From Actinomycetota bacterium (GTDB taxonomy: Bacteria; Actinomycetota; Thermoleophilia; Gaiellales; Gaiellaceae), in NCBI GenBank assembly GCA_046729255.1, contig JBKPGF010000021.1, forward strand, positions 39,064 through 103,063: DNA of 64,000 nt, read 5' to 3'. Within the stretch, counting starts at the first letter, position 1, and each line of letters opens with the position of its first letter. Under the pieces are notes generated by a model that saw only the letters and a program-made list of their open reading frames with translations, did not search any database and had not been told where the DNA came from. Positions 51,521-60,491 of the stretch are shown here, piece after piece. The position numbers and the translations under genes are program-made.

Positions 51521-53443
51521 GTGCGCTACGCAACGGTCTACCCGCTCGTAACGACCCGGGCACTCTCGCGTCCGTTCACCTACGAGGTGGAGGACGACGT
51601 GAGGAAGGGTGCGGTCGTCTCGATGCCCCTCGGCCGATCCCGCGTACGCGGCGTCGTCGTCGGGGAAGAGCGCGAGCCGCCGAACGGGATCGATCCAGTT
51701 CCCGTCTCCAAGGTACTCCACGAGATCCCAGAGCCTCTCGTCGACCTCGCCCTGTGGCTCGCGGAGTACTACGGCTCCACGCCGGCGCGGGCGCTCGCGC
51801 TCGTGGCGCCGCCTCTGCGTGCCCGCCGCGGCGAGCGGCAGGCGCCTGCCTTCTCCTACGCGCTGGCCGCCGAACGTGCACCTGTGACGCTGAGCCCGGC
51901 GCAGGAGCAGGTGCTTCAGCGCGTGGAGTCCGCACTCGACTCGGGCGGGGGTCACTTCCTACTCTGGGGAGAGACGGGGAGCGGCAAGACGGAGGTCTAC
52001 CTGCGTGCATGCGCGGCCGCGCTCGAACGGGGGCTCGACGCGGTCGTCCTCGTCCCGGAGATCGCGCTCACTCCGCAGACCGTCGGGCGGTTCACTGCAC
52101 GGTTCGGGGATCTCGTCGCGGTGCTCCACTCGGGGCTCACGGACGCCGAGCGACGCGACGAGCGGGAGCGGATCGGGACCGGCGAGGCGCGGATCGTCGT
52201 CGGCGCCCGGTCGGCCGTGTTCGCGCCCGTACGCCGGCTTGGCGTGATCTGCGTGGACGAGGAGCATGATTCGTCGTACAAGCAGGAGTCCGATCCCCGC
52301 TACGACGCACGCACCGTCGCGGCGAAGCGCGCTGCGCTCGAAGGGGCCGTCGCCGTCTACGGTAGCGCGACGCCTCGCCCCGAGAGCTGGGCCCGTCTGG
52401 AGCGGCTGGAGCTCGGGGGTCGTCTCGCGACGTCGTTGCCGGGCGTTCGCGTCGTCGACATGCGGCGCGAGGCCGGCTATCCGCTGTCGTCGGTGCTGCT
52501 CGGAGAGCTGGAGGGCGTCGCCGAGCGGCGCGGGCGCGCCATCATCCTCCTCAACCGCCGCGGGGTGGCGCCGGCGGTGCACTGCCGGTCCTGCGGCACG
52601 ACCCTTCGGTGCGTCGCCTGCGACGTCGCGCTCGTCCTTCACGCAGGCGACGTGCTCCGCTGTCACCACTGCGGGTTCGTTCGGCCGGCGCCCGAGCACT
52701 GTGACGTCTGCTCATCTCCCGAGCTGATGAGGATCGGCGTGGGCACGCAGCGTCTGGAGGCGGAGCTGGCTCGTCAACTCCCCGCTTTGGAGCTCGTTCG
52801 GCTGGACGCGGACACCGCCGCCAAGCCGGCTGCCCTTGCCGCAGCACTCGAGCGCTTCCGGCGTGCGCAGGGCGCCGTGCTGCTCGGGACGCAGATGGTG
52901 GCCAAGGGACATCACTTCGAAGGGGTCGAGCTCGCCGCGGTGGTCGACGCCGATCTCGGCCTTGCGCAGCCCGACTTCCGCGCGGAGGAGCGCACGTTTC
53001 AGCTCGTCACACAGCTGGCCGGCCGCAGCGGCCGTGAGGCGCCCGGGCGTGTGATCGTGCAGACGTTCCAGCCCGATGCCGAGGCGATCGTGTTCGCCGC
53101 CCGGCACGACGTCGTCGGTTTCGTCGAGACGGAGCTCGAGCGTAGGAAGGCGCTTGGCTACCCGCCGTTTCGCCACATCGTGCGCGTCCTCGTTGCGGGC
53201 CGCTCGGCCGAAGACGCCATGCGCGCACTTGCGGAGCTGAGGTCGCGGCTCACGGACGTCGATGCCATCGGCCCGGCGCCGCTGCCGCGCCTCCGCGGCC
53301 GTTACCGGGCCCAGCTGATCGCAAAGACCGACGCACCGCGAGCCGTCGCCGGGGCAGCGGGCCGCTGGCTCGCAGCGGCAGCTGCCGCGATGCGGAAGGC
53401 GGGCCTCGCCGCGTCCGTCGACGTCGATCCGCAGAGCTTCTAG
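51521..53443 (+). CDS. priA: primosomal protein N' (replication restart helicase PriA)
   Basis: 640 aa. Walker A GETGSGKT, DEEH box and a Cys-rich zinc region (CRSCGTTLRCVACDVAL...CHHCG...CDVCSS). Confidence 0.9.
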   Translation: MRYATVYPLVTTRALSRPFTYEVEDDVRKGAVVSMPLGRSRVRGVVVGEEREPPNGIDPVPVSKVLHEIPEPLVDLALWLAEYYGSTPARALALVAPPLRARRGERQAPAFSYALAAERAPVTLSPAQEQVLQRVESALDSGGGHFLLWGETGSGKTEVYLRACAAALERGLDAVVLVPEIALTPQTVGRFTARFGDLVAVLHSGLTDAERRDERERIGTGEARIVVGARSAVFAPVRRLGVICVDEEHDSSYKQESDPRYDARTVAAKRAALEGAVAVYGSATPRPESWARLERLELGGRLATSLPGVRVVDMRREAGYPLSSVLLGELEGVAERRGRAIILLNRRGVAPAVHCRSCGTTLRCVACDVALVLHAGDVLRCHHCGFVRPAPEHCDVCSSPELMRIGVGTQRLEAELARQLPALELVRLDADTAAKPAALAAALERFRRAQGAVLLGTQMVAKGHHFEGVELAAVVDADLGLAQPDFRAEERTFQLVTQLAGRSGREAPGRVIVQTFQPDAEAIVFAARHDVVGFVETELERRKALGYPPFRHIVRVLVAGRSAEDAMRALAELRSRLTDVDAIGPAPLPRLRGRYRAQLIAKTDAPRAVAGAAGRWLAAAAAAMRKAGLAASVDVDPQSF

Positions 53444-53550
53444 CCTGCCTCCGCCATCACAAACTTGTCGCACTTTCGGCACACACGCGCACGAAATTCC
53501 TCCATAGGCTGGAACCGGGAGGAGGCATGGGGTGGCCCCAGGCACCGGAG

Positions 53551-53556
53551 TAGACT
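53551..53556 (+). promoter_or_regulatory. -10-like TAGACT, 6 nt before the def GTG (leaderless signature)
   Basis: TAGACT-ggcgcc-GTG(53563). Confidence 0.45.
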
Positions 53557-53562
53557 GGCGCC

Positions 53563-54162
53563 GTGGCGAGCGAGCCTGAGACCCAGACCGAAGAGGAGCA
53601 AGAGACACAGCCGGATCCCGAGCGCGAGGCGCGGCGGCTCGTCGCGCTCGCGCAGATCCGCCAGTACCCCGACCCGGTTCTGCGCATGCGCGCGCGGGAG
53701 GTCGAGTCGTTCGACGAGGAGCTGGCGCAACTCGTCGACCGCATGACGCAGCTCATGGACGGCGCCGACGGCGCCGGGCTTGCCGCCACGCAGGTGGGCG
53801 TCCTCCGGCGCGTCTTCGTCATGCGCGCGGACGACAACGGCGCCACGATGGCGCTCGTCAACCCGGAGCTCGTCGACCATGGCGAGGAGCTGGAGACCGA
53901 CGGGGAAGGCTGCCTTTCCCTCCAGGGGCTGCTCCTGCCCGTCGAGAGGGCCATATCGGTGACGGTGACGGCGAAGGATCCGCAGGGCACGGACATCAAT
54001 TTGGAGCTCGAGGGGTTCGCCGCGCGCGCCTTCCAGCACGAACTCGACCATCTGGACGGCGTGCTCATCCTCGACCGGACGACGGACGAGGCGCGACGGG
54101 AGGCAATGGCGAGGCTGCGACAGCGATCCGCGTCCAAAGGTCCCACAGGCGCTCGGCTCTGA
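53563..54162 (+). CDS. def: peptide deformylase with ~30-aa acidic N-terminal extension
   Basis: GAGLAATQVG, EGCLS and HELDHLDG motifs. The N-terminus ASEPETQTEEEQETQPDPEREA precedes the usual IRQYPDPVLR. Confidence 0.9.
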   Translation: MASEPETQTEEEQETQPDPEREARRLVALAQIRQYPDPVLRMRAREVESFDEELAQLVDRMTQLMDGADGAGLAATQVGVLRRVFVMRADDNGATMALVNPELVDHGEELETDGEGCLSLQGLLLPVERAISVTVTAKDPQGTDINLELEGFAARAFQHELDHLDGVLILDRTTDEARREAMARLRQRSASKGPTGARL

Positions 54163-54163
54163 C

Positions 54164-54961
54164 GTGGCTCCGATCGGGTTCGCGGCGACGGCTCCGTTCG
54201 GCGCCGACGTCCTCGAACGGCTCGCCGAGCGGCACGAGATCGCGTTCTGCCTGACGAGACCGGACCGTCCCGCCGGCCGAGGACGAAAGATCGAGAGCCC
54301 GCCCGCGAAGTCGGCCGCCCAGCGCCTCGGCATCCCCATCCGCCAGCCGGACCGGCTGGACGAAAGCGTCGAGCTGCCCGCGGACGTGATCGTCACGTGT
54401 GCCTATGGCGCCATCGTGCCAGCCTCTCTGCTCGACCGGCATCTATGGCTCAATGTCCACCCGTCGCTCCTGCCGCGCTGGCGTGGAGCGGCGCCAGTCG
54501 AGCGAGCGATCCTCGCTGGTGACGAGGAGACCGGCGTCACGATCATCCGGCTCACGGAGGAGCTCGACGCGGGGCCGATCGCGGCCCAGCGCGCATTTCC
54601 CATCGGTCGCGAGGACGACGCTGGTGACGTGTACGGCCACGCGGCACCGGTCGCCGTCGACCTGCTCGAAAACGTCCTCGCCGAGCCGGCGTTCCGTCCG
54701 CAATCAGATGACGGCGCGACGTACGCGGAGAAGCTCACAGCCGCCGACCGCGAGCTCGACCTCGCCGGCGACCCGGAGGAGATCGTGCGTCGTATCCGCG
54801 CGCTCTCGCCTCACATCGGCGCGAGGGCGGAGCTCGACGGCCGTCGCGTGACGATCTGGCAAGCGAAGGTGGACGGCGGACGGGTTTTGCCAGAGGTCGT
54901 CCAGCCCGATGGCCGGCGCCGCATGCCGTACGAGGACTACCTCCGCGGTCTCAGGTCGTGA
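54164..54961 (+). CDS. fmt: methionyl-tRNA formyltransferase
   Basis: 265 aa. LTRPDRPAGRGRK..., HPSLLPRWRGAAPVERAI and TGVTIIRL motifs. Somewhat short at the C-terminus. Confidence 0.85.
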   Translation: MAPIGFAATAPFGADVLERLAERHEIAFCLTRPDRPAGRGRKIESPPAKSAAQRLGIPIRQPDRLDESVELPADVIVTCAYGAIVPASLLDRHLWLNVHPSLLPRWRGAAPVERAILAGDEETGVTIIRLTEELDAGPIAAQRAFPIGREDDAGDVYGHAAPVAVDLLENVLAEPAFRPQSDDGATYAEKLTAADRELDLAGDPEEIVRRIRALSPHIGARAELDGRRVTIWQAKVDGGRVLPEVVQPDGRRRMPYEDYLRGLRS

Positions 54962-56169
54962 CGGAGATCACGGCGGCGCGCCGCGCCGCGTACGAGGTCG
55001 TGCGGCGCGTATTCGAGCAGGAGGCATACGCCGATCGCGCGTTCGTGACCGCTGCCGAGCAGCTGGACGAGCGGGACCGAGCGCTTGCCCAGCGAATCGC
55101 GTACGGCACCGTACAGCTTGTGCGAACGCTCGACCACGGCATCGAGACGCTCGGCCGCCGCCCCGTTCGCAAGCTCGACCCACCCGTCCTCGCCGCGCTC
55201 CGGATCGGCGCCTACCAGCTCGCCTACCTCGACGGCATCCCGACACACGCCGCCGTCAACGAGAGCGTCGAGCTCGTGCGACGCGCCCGTCTGGAACGCG
55301 CCGTGCCGTTCACGAACGCCGTCCTCCGCCGCCTGTCGGAGGGGCTGCGTCAGCTCATCGACTCGTTGTCAGACGGGCCGCTCAAGCTCTCGTATCCCGA
55401 CTGGATCGCCGAGGTGTGGGAGCGCGATCGCGGGCGGGAGGAGGCGATCGCGCTCATGCGGGCGCAGAACGAGCCGCCCGAGACGACGGTCCGCGTCGTG
55501 CGTGGCGAGGTGGACGGGGAGGCGACCGACGTGCCGGGCATCGTCCGCGTGGCCCGGGTCGACGCCGACGCGCTTGCGGGTGGCCGCATCTGGCCACAGA
55601 GCCGGGGCTCGGCGATCGCCGGGCTCGCGGTCGGCTCGGAAGAGGGCGAGCGAACGCTCGACGTCTGCGCGGCCCCAGGCGGCAAGGCGACCCAGTTAGC
55701 CGGAGACGTCGTCGCCGTCGAGAAGCACCAGGGCCGCGCTCGCGAGCTCGAGGAGAACGCCACGAGGCTCGGCGCGACGAACGTCCGTGTCGTCTGCGCC
55801 GATGCGCTCGACCTCCCTGCGGAGCTGACCGGGTTCGACCGTGCGCTCGTCGACGCGCCGTGCTCCGGCCTCGGTGTCCTCAACCAGCGTCCCGACCTAC
55901 GCTGGCGCGCCGAGCCGCTCCCGGAGCTCCAGCTCGGGCTGCTTCGCGCCGCCGCGGAGCGAGTGCACTCGGGCGGCACGGTCGTCTACGCCGTTTGCAC
56001 GATCAATGCCGACGAGAACGAAGCCGTCGTCGATGCGTCCGGCCTCGAGATCGACGATCTGGGAGCGGACTGGCCGGCGTTTCGTCACCCGAAGCGGCCC
56101 GAGTTCCTGCTGACGCTGCCGCATGTCCACGGCACCTCGGGCTTCTTCATTGCGCGCCTCCGAACCTAG
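54958..56169 (+). CDS. rsmB: 16S rRNA (cytosine-C5)-methyltransferase RsmB/Sun
   Basis: NusB-like N-terminal domain. SAM-MTase motifs DVCAAPGGKATQL, DAPCSGLGV and VYAVCT. Confidence 0.85.
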   Translation: MTEITAARRAAYEVVRRVFEQEAYADRAFVTAAEQLDERDRALAQRIAYGTVQLVRTLDHGIETLGRRPVRKLDPPVLAALRIGAYQLAYLDGIPTHAAVNESVELVRRARLERAVPFTNAVLRRLSEGLRQLIDSLSDGPLKLSYPDWIAEVWERDRGREEAIALMRAQNEPPETTVRVVRGEVDGEATDVPGIVRVARVDADALAGGRIWPQSRGSAIAGLAVGSEEGERTLDVCAAPGGKATQLAGDVVAVEKHQGRARELEENATRLGATNVRVVCADALDLPAELTGFDRALVDAPCSGLGVLNQRPDLRWRAEPLPELQLGLLRAAAERVHSGGTVVYAVCTINADENEAVVDASGLEIDDLGADWPAFRHPKRPEFLLTLPHVHGTSGFFIARLRT

Positions 56170-56172
56170 GAT
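56167..56172 (+). promoter_or_regulatory. -10-like TAGGAT (includes the rsmB stop), 6 nt before the ribD GTG (leaderless signature)
   Basis: TAGGAT-ctcagt-GTG(56179). Confidence 0.4.
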
Positions 56173-56178
56173 CTCAGT

Positions 56179-57123
56179 GTGAACGAGCACCTGCAGCGGG
56201 CGCTCGAGCTCGCCGAGCGCGGCCGTGGCACGACGTATCCGAACCCGATGGTCGGCGCCGTCCTCGTCAACGATGGGGCCGTGGTGGGGGAAGGATGGCA
56301 CGAACGTGCCGGTGGGCCGCACGCCGAGGTCGTCGCCCTCGAGGCGGCAGGTGAGCGCGCACGAAGCTCGACGCTCTACGTGACGATGGAGCCGTGCGCT
56401 CATCACGGACGGACGCCACCCTGCGTCGACGCCGTCCTCGCGAGCGGTGTGCGAAAGGTCGTCGCCGGCTGCCTCGACCCGGGAACGGACTCCGGCGGAG
56501 GGCTGGAGCGGCTGCGCGCGGAGGGGGTCGACGTCGAGTTCGTCGATGCCTTCGAGGCGCGGGCCCAAAACGAGGCGTGGCGGACGTGGACGACCGTCGG
56601 CCGGCCGTTCGTGATCTACAAGGTCGCCGCGACGCTCGACGGCCGGATCACCGTGCCGGGCTCGCGATGGGTCAGCGGGGAGGAGAGTCGACGACTCGTG
56701 CACGAGCTTCGAGCCGGCGTCGACGCCGTCGCCGTGGGCATGGGCACCGTTCGGGCGGATGATCCCCGGCTCGACGCCCGCGACGTGGACGCTGCGCGGC
56801 AGCCGCGACGTCTCGCCTTCGGGCGCGGCCCGCTACCGGAAGGCTCGTCCCTCGAGCTGCGAACGGGGCCACTCGAGGACGAGCTGCGGGCCCTCGCCGA
56901 GGAGGGCGTGCAGTCGCTGCTGCTGGAGGGCGGCCCGACGCTCGCGACGTCCTTCCTCGAGCAGGGGCTCGTCGACAAGATCCTCCTCTTCGTCGCCCCG
57001 CGGCTGTCCGGGTCAGGCCCGGCCGTCATCGGCGAGCTGTCCCAGCCGACCACCCTGACGAGGATGGTGACGCAGCAGGTGGGGGAGGACGTGCTCGTCA
57101 GCGCGTATGTCCGCGAACCCTGA
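56179..57123 (+). CDS. ribD: bifunctional riboflavin biosynthesis protein RibD (deaminase/reductase)
   Basis: Zinc deaminase motifs HAEVVAL and PCAHHGRTPPC, plus a reductase domain. Confidence 0.9.
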   Translation: MNEHLQRALELAERGRGTTYPNPMVGAVLVNDGAVVGEGWHERAGGPHAEVVALEAAGERARSSTLYVTMEPCAHHGRTPPCVDAVLASGVRKVVAGCLDPGTDSGGGLERLRAEGVDVEFVDAFEARAQNEAWRTWTTVGRPFVIYKVAATLDGRITVPGSRWVSGEESRRLVHELRAGVDAVAVGMGTVRADDPRLDARDVDAARQPRRLAFGRGPLPEGSSLELRTGPLEDELRALAEEGVQSLLLEGGPTLATSFLEQGLVDKILLFVAPRLSGSGPAVIGELSQPTTLTRMVTQQVGEDVLVSAYVREP

Positions 57124-57140
57124 GCAGTAGCCTTCAACGC

Positions 57141-57737
57141 GTGTTCACAGGCATCGTCCGCGAGCGCGGACGGGTCGTGTCCTTCGAGGACGGGCGGCTC
57201 GTGCTCGAGACCTCCTTACAGGCGGCGGTCGGAGACTCGATCGCGGTGGACGGCGTGTGCCTGACCGTCGTCGCGGGTGACGACGCGACGCTCGCCTTCG
57301 ACGTCGTGCCGGAGACGCTCTCGCGTTCAACGCTGGGGCGGCTCGGATCAGGCGCCGTTGCAAACCTCGAGCCGGCCGTACGGGCCGGGGAGGAGCTCGG
57401 TGGCCACCTCGTCCAGGGTCACGTGGACGGTATCGGTCGCGTGCGAGACGTCGAGCCCGAGGGCGAGGGCAAGCGGGTCTGGATCGAGGTCTCGCCGGAG
57501 GTGCTTCGCTACTGCGTCGAGAAGGGCTCGGTGACCATCTCGGGTGTCTCCCTCACCGTCGCCGGACTGAAGGACGACGCGTTCGCCGTCGCGCTCGTCC
57601 CGCACACGCTCGCGGTGACGACCCTCGGCGAGCTCGAGCCAGGCGACGAGGTGAACATCGAGGCCGACGTGATCGGGAAATACGTCGAACGGCTGCTCCA
57701 GCCCGGCTACCCTTCGCGGGATGTCGGCTCTGGCTGA
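57141..57737 (+). CDS. ribE: riboflavin synthase alpha chain
   Basis: MFTGIV N-terminus. Two lumazine-binding repeats ([25 protein letters not shown]). TAGCCT lies 7 nt upstream of the GTG. Confidence 0.9.
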   Translation: MFTGIVRERGRVVSFEDGRLVLETSLQAAVGDSIAVDGVCLTVVAGDDATLAFDVVPETLSRSTLGRLGSGAVANLEPAVRAGEELGGHLVQGHVDGIGRVRDVEPEGEGKRVWIEVSPEVLRYCVEKGSVTISGVSLTVAGLKDDAFAVALVPHTLAVTTLGELEPGDEVNIEADVIGKYVERLLQPGYPSRDVGSG

Positions 57738-58968
57738 GACGCGCGCGGCCCCGTTCGCCACGATCGAGGAGGCGATCGAGGAGATCCGTGCCGGGAGGTT
57801 CGTCGTGGTGGTCGACGCGCCCGATCGCGAGAACGAGGGCGACCTCACCATTGCAGCGGAGCACGCCACGCCGAGCGCCGTGAACTTCATGGCCACGCAC
57901 GGCCGCGGCCTCATCTGCCTCTGCCTCACCGAGGATCGCTGCGACCAGCTCGGCCTGCACCTGCTCGCCTCGAGCCGCGAGTCGAGGCACGGCACCGCCT
58001 ACACGAACCCGATCGACGCACGCGAGGGCATCTCGACGGGCGTCTCCACAGCCGACCGCTCGCATACGATCCTCCGCGCGATCGACCCGTCCGCAGGCCG
58101 GCACGACTTCATCGAGGGTGGCCATGTCCAGCCGCTCCGGGCCCGCGCGGGCGGCGTCTTGCAGCGAGCCGGGCAGACCGAGGCGGCCGTCGATCTCGCG
58201 CGGCTCGCCGGCCTCGAGCCCGCCGGCGTCGTCTGCGAGATCATGAAGGACGACGGAACGATGGCCCGCGTACCCGACCTCGTCGACTACTGCACGCGCC
58301 ACGCTTTAAAGCTCGTCACCGTCGCCGATCTCATCGAGTACCGGCGGCGAACGGAGAAGCTCGTCGAACGCGTCAGCTCGGTACGGCTCCCGACCGAGTA
58401 CGGCGACTTCACGGCCGTCGCCTTCCGTGAGACGCTGACGGGGAAGCACCACGTGGCGCTCGTCAAGGGCGAGGTCGCCGACAGCGCCGACGTGCTCGTC
58501 CGCGTCCACTCCGAGTGCCTCACGGGGGACGTCTTCCACTCGCTCCGCTGCGACTGCGGCGAGCAGCTCGAGCTCGCGCTGCGCCAGATCGGCGCCGAGG
58601 AGCGCGGCGTCCTGCTCTACATGGGCCAGGAGGGCCGGGGCATCGGCCTCCTGAACAAGCTGCTCGCGTACGAGTTGCAGGAACGGGGACTGGACACGGT
58701 GGAGGCGAACGCCGAGCTCGGCTTCCCCGCCGACTCCCGCGAGTACGGGATCGGCTACCAGATCCTCGCCGACCTCGGCCTGTCTTCGATCCAGCTGCTG
58801 ACCAACAATCCGCGAAAGATGGAGGGCATCGAGTCGTACGGCTTGACCGTCACGCGCCAGGTGCCGATCGAGGTGCCGCCGAACGCCGAGAACCGCCGGT
58901 ATCTTGCCGCGAAGCGTGACAAGCTTGGCCATGTGCTCCACCACCAGGATCTGAAGTTCGAGCGTTGA
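57721..58968 (+). CDS. ribBA: bifunctional 3,4-dihydroxy-2-butanone-4-phosphate synthase / GTP cyclohydrolase II
   Basis: DHBPS motif [13 protein letters not shown] zinc motif [15 protein letters not shown]. Confidence 0.9.
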   Translation: MSALAETRAAPFATIEEAIEEIRAGRFVVVVDAPDRENEGDLTIAAEHATPSAVNFMATHGRGLICLCLTEDRCDQLGLHLLASSRESRHGTAYTNPIDAREGISTGVSTADRSHTILRAIDPSAGRHDFIEGGHVQPLRARAGGVLQRAGQTEAAVDLARLAGLEPAGVVCEIMKDDGTMARVPDLVDYCTRHALKLVTVADLIEYRRRTEKLVERVSSVRLPTEYGDFTAVAFRETLTGKHHVALVKGEVADSADVLVRVHSECLTGDVFHSLRCDCGEQLELALRQIGAEERGVLLYMGQEGRGIGLLNKLLAYELQERGLDTVEANAELGFPADSREYGIGYQILADLGLSSIQLLTNNPRKMEGIESYGLTVTRQVPIEVPPNAENRRYLAAKRDKLGHVLHHQDLKFER

Positions 58969-59891
58969 CGAGCGGACCCGACATCGGCAGCTACGACCCC
59001 TTCGAGGACACGGGCGACTGGCCGTTCCGCGACGCGCCTCCGAAGCGGGAGGAGTCCGGGGTGAGTGACGAGCTGCCGGAGGTGGAGCAGCGCTCCGTCT
59101 TCGAGGACACCGAGCTCGCCGCGCCCGTCGAAGAGGAGGTGCCACCGGCAGTGCCGCCCGTGAGCGAGCCCGCGTACGACGAGTTGCCGGCGGCGCTCGA
59201 GATGCACTCGGAAGCGGAGCCGCTCCCGGAGGTCGATCCGGACCCCGAGCCCGAGGACGCGCCGAGCCCGATGGTTGCGGAACCGCTTGCGGTCGAGGAG
59301 GTCGCCGAAGCCGAGGTCGTGATCGAGGAGCCCGAGGCGGAGCATGAGGAGGAGCAGGAGGCGGCACCGCTCCCTGCCGTGCCTGCTCAGCACGCGCCGG
59401 GCACTCTCACGATCCCGCCGGGCGTCGACGTCCTCGCTGGCGGGCCGCACGGGTTCCGCCGCAACGTCGCCGTCGTCGTCAGCCGCTTCAACGGCGACAT
59501 CACGACGGGACTGCTGGGGAGCGCGCTTGCCGCGCTCCGCGACTGCAACGTCGCCGACGACGCCATCACGGTCGTCCCGGTTCCGGGCGCCTTCGAGCTG
59601 CCGCTGAGCGCGCTTGCGCTTGCCAAGACGCGCCGCTTCGCGTGTGTGGTTGCCCTCGGCTGCATCATCCGCGGCGAGACGCCGCACTTCGATCTCATCG
59701 CGAGCGAGGCCGCGAGCGGCCTGCAGCTGGCGGCGATCGAGACCGGGATTCCGGTCGCGTTCGGCGTGATCACGACCGAGACGCGCGAGCAGGCGGAACA
59801 GCGGCTCGACCGCGGCGCAGAGGCGGCTCGCACGGCACTCGAGATGGCGGATCTCTTCTCACACGTGCGGACGCGCGCCGCGGCTTCGTAG
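58965..59891 (+). CDS. ribH: 6,7-dimethyl-8-ribityllumazine synthase, annotated with a long acidic in-frame N-terminal extension (start uncertain)
   Basis: The lumazine synthase core starts near RNVAVVVSRFNGDIT (about nt 59460). The ORF is open from TTG 58965 (TTGA overlap with ribBA). The only nearby in-frame canonical alternative is GTG 59379, which would give 171 aa. Confidence 0.85.
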   Translation: MTSGPDIGSYDPFEDTGDWPFRDAPPKREESGVSDELPEVEQRSVFEDTELAAPVEEEVPPAVPPVSEPAYDELPAALEMHSEAEPLPEVDPDPEPEDAPSPMVAEPLAVEEVAEAEVVIEEPEAEHEEEQEAAPLPAVPAQHAPGTLTIPPGVDVLAGGPHGFRRNVAVVVSRFNGDITTGLLGSALAALRDCNVADDAITVVPVPGAFELPLSALALAKTRRFACVVALGCIIRGETPHFDLIASEAASGLQLAAIETGIPVAFGVITTETREQAEQRLDRGAEAARTALEMADLFSHVRTRAAAS

Positions 59892-59909
59892 CTACACTCT
59901 CAGTCGCTC

Positions 59910-60101
59910 ATGGCGAAGATCTGTGCAGTCTGCGGGAAGAAGCCGTCGTTCGGCCACAGCCGGAGTCACTCGATGGTGGCCACGAAGCGGCGCTTCGACC
60001 CGAATCTCCAGCGCGTGCGCGTCGTTCTCGACGGCACCGCCAAGCGCGTGTACGTCTGCACCCGCTGTCTCCGCAGCGGCAAGGTCGCAAAAGCCGTGTA
60101 G
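59910..60101 (+). CDS. rpmB: 50S ribosomal protein L28 (Cys-containing, zinc-ribbon form)
   Basis: [21 protein letters not shown]...[12 protein letters not shown]. Confidence 0.95.
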   Translation: MAKICAVCGKKPSFGHSRSHSMVATKRRFDPNLQRVRVVLDGTAKRVYVCTRCLRSGKVAKAV

Positions 60102-60137
60102 CGCCCGCGCGACGGGCCCCCTTCGACGACTGGACTG

Positions 60138-60143
60138 TAACCT
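60138..60143 (+). promoter_or_regulatory. -10-like TAACCT, 6 nt before the asp23 GTG (leaderless signature)
   Basis: TAACCT-ccgcgc-GTG(60150). Confidence 0.4.
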
Positions 60144-60149
60144 CCGCGC

Positions 60150-60491
60150 GTGGACGACGCCGTTCCGGGCGAGATCACGATCACGACCGATGCGATCGCG
60201 CAGCTCGCCGGCCTGACCGCCGCCGAGTGCTACGGCGTCGTGGGTGCTCAGCCGAAGGGCGGACGGCTCGGCCGGCTCGTGTCGCGCGACAAGCCGGAGC
60301 GCGGCGTCGAGGTCGTCCGTACGCCGGACGGGCTCGTGATAACGCTGCGGGTTGTGATCGAGCACGGCCTCAACCTCGCGGAGGTTACCTCCACGGTCCG
60401 CTCCCACGTCCGGTACGAGGTGACGCGCCTGACGGGAATCCCGACCGCGTCGGTCGACGTCGTCGTCGCCGACGTCCGGACGTCGACGTGA
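60150..60491 (+). CDS. Asp23/Gls24 family envelope stress protein (YloU-like)
   Basis: 113 aa. ITITTDAIAQLAGLTAAECYGVVG...VVIEHGLNLAEV. Confidence 0.85.
   Translation: MDDAVPGEITITTDAIAQLAGLTAAECYGVVGAQPKGGRLGRLVSRDKPERGVEVVRTPDGLVITLRVVIEHGLNLAEVTSTVRSHVRYEVTRLTGIPTASVDVVVADVRTST

Noticed and set aside
53440-53505. 21-codon minus-strand ORF MEEFRARVCRKCDKFVMAEAG with a CxxC pair in the AT-rich priA-def spacer.
   Set aside because: It has no SD or -10 signature upstream, only one CxxC, and atypical codon usage. It cannot be distinguished from chance without conservation or Ribo-seq data.
53490-53562. Fragments reminiscent of an FMN riboswitch (GAAATTCC..., CCGGAGTAGACTGG) upstream of def, which heads the string of genes ending in the rib operon.
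   Set aside because: Only two short, imperfect pieces are present in a 119-nt spacer. The conserved P1 stem, the GGGxAGGGTGAAATTCCC/ACCGGCGGT core and the second GGTGAAATTCC arm are absent. The site is also 2.6 kb from ribD. It would need a covariance-model scan to revive.
57128-57138. Shared 11-mer CAGTAGCCTTC upstream of both ribE (57125-57135) and metK (48627-48637), considered as a possible common regulatory site.
   Set aside because: An exact 11-mer shared once within 64 kb is expected by chance many times over. The TAGCCT part is already explained as a -10-like box, and the spacing to the metK start (9 or 15 nt) differs.
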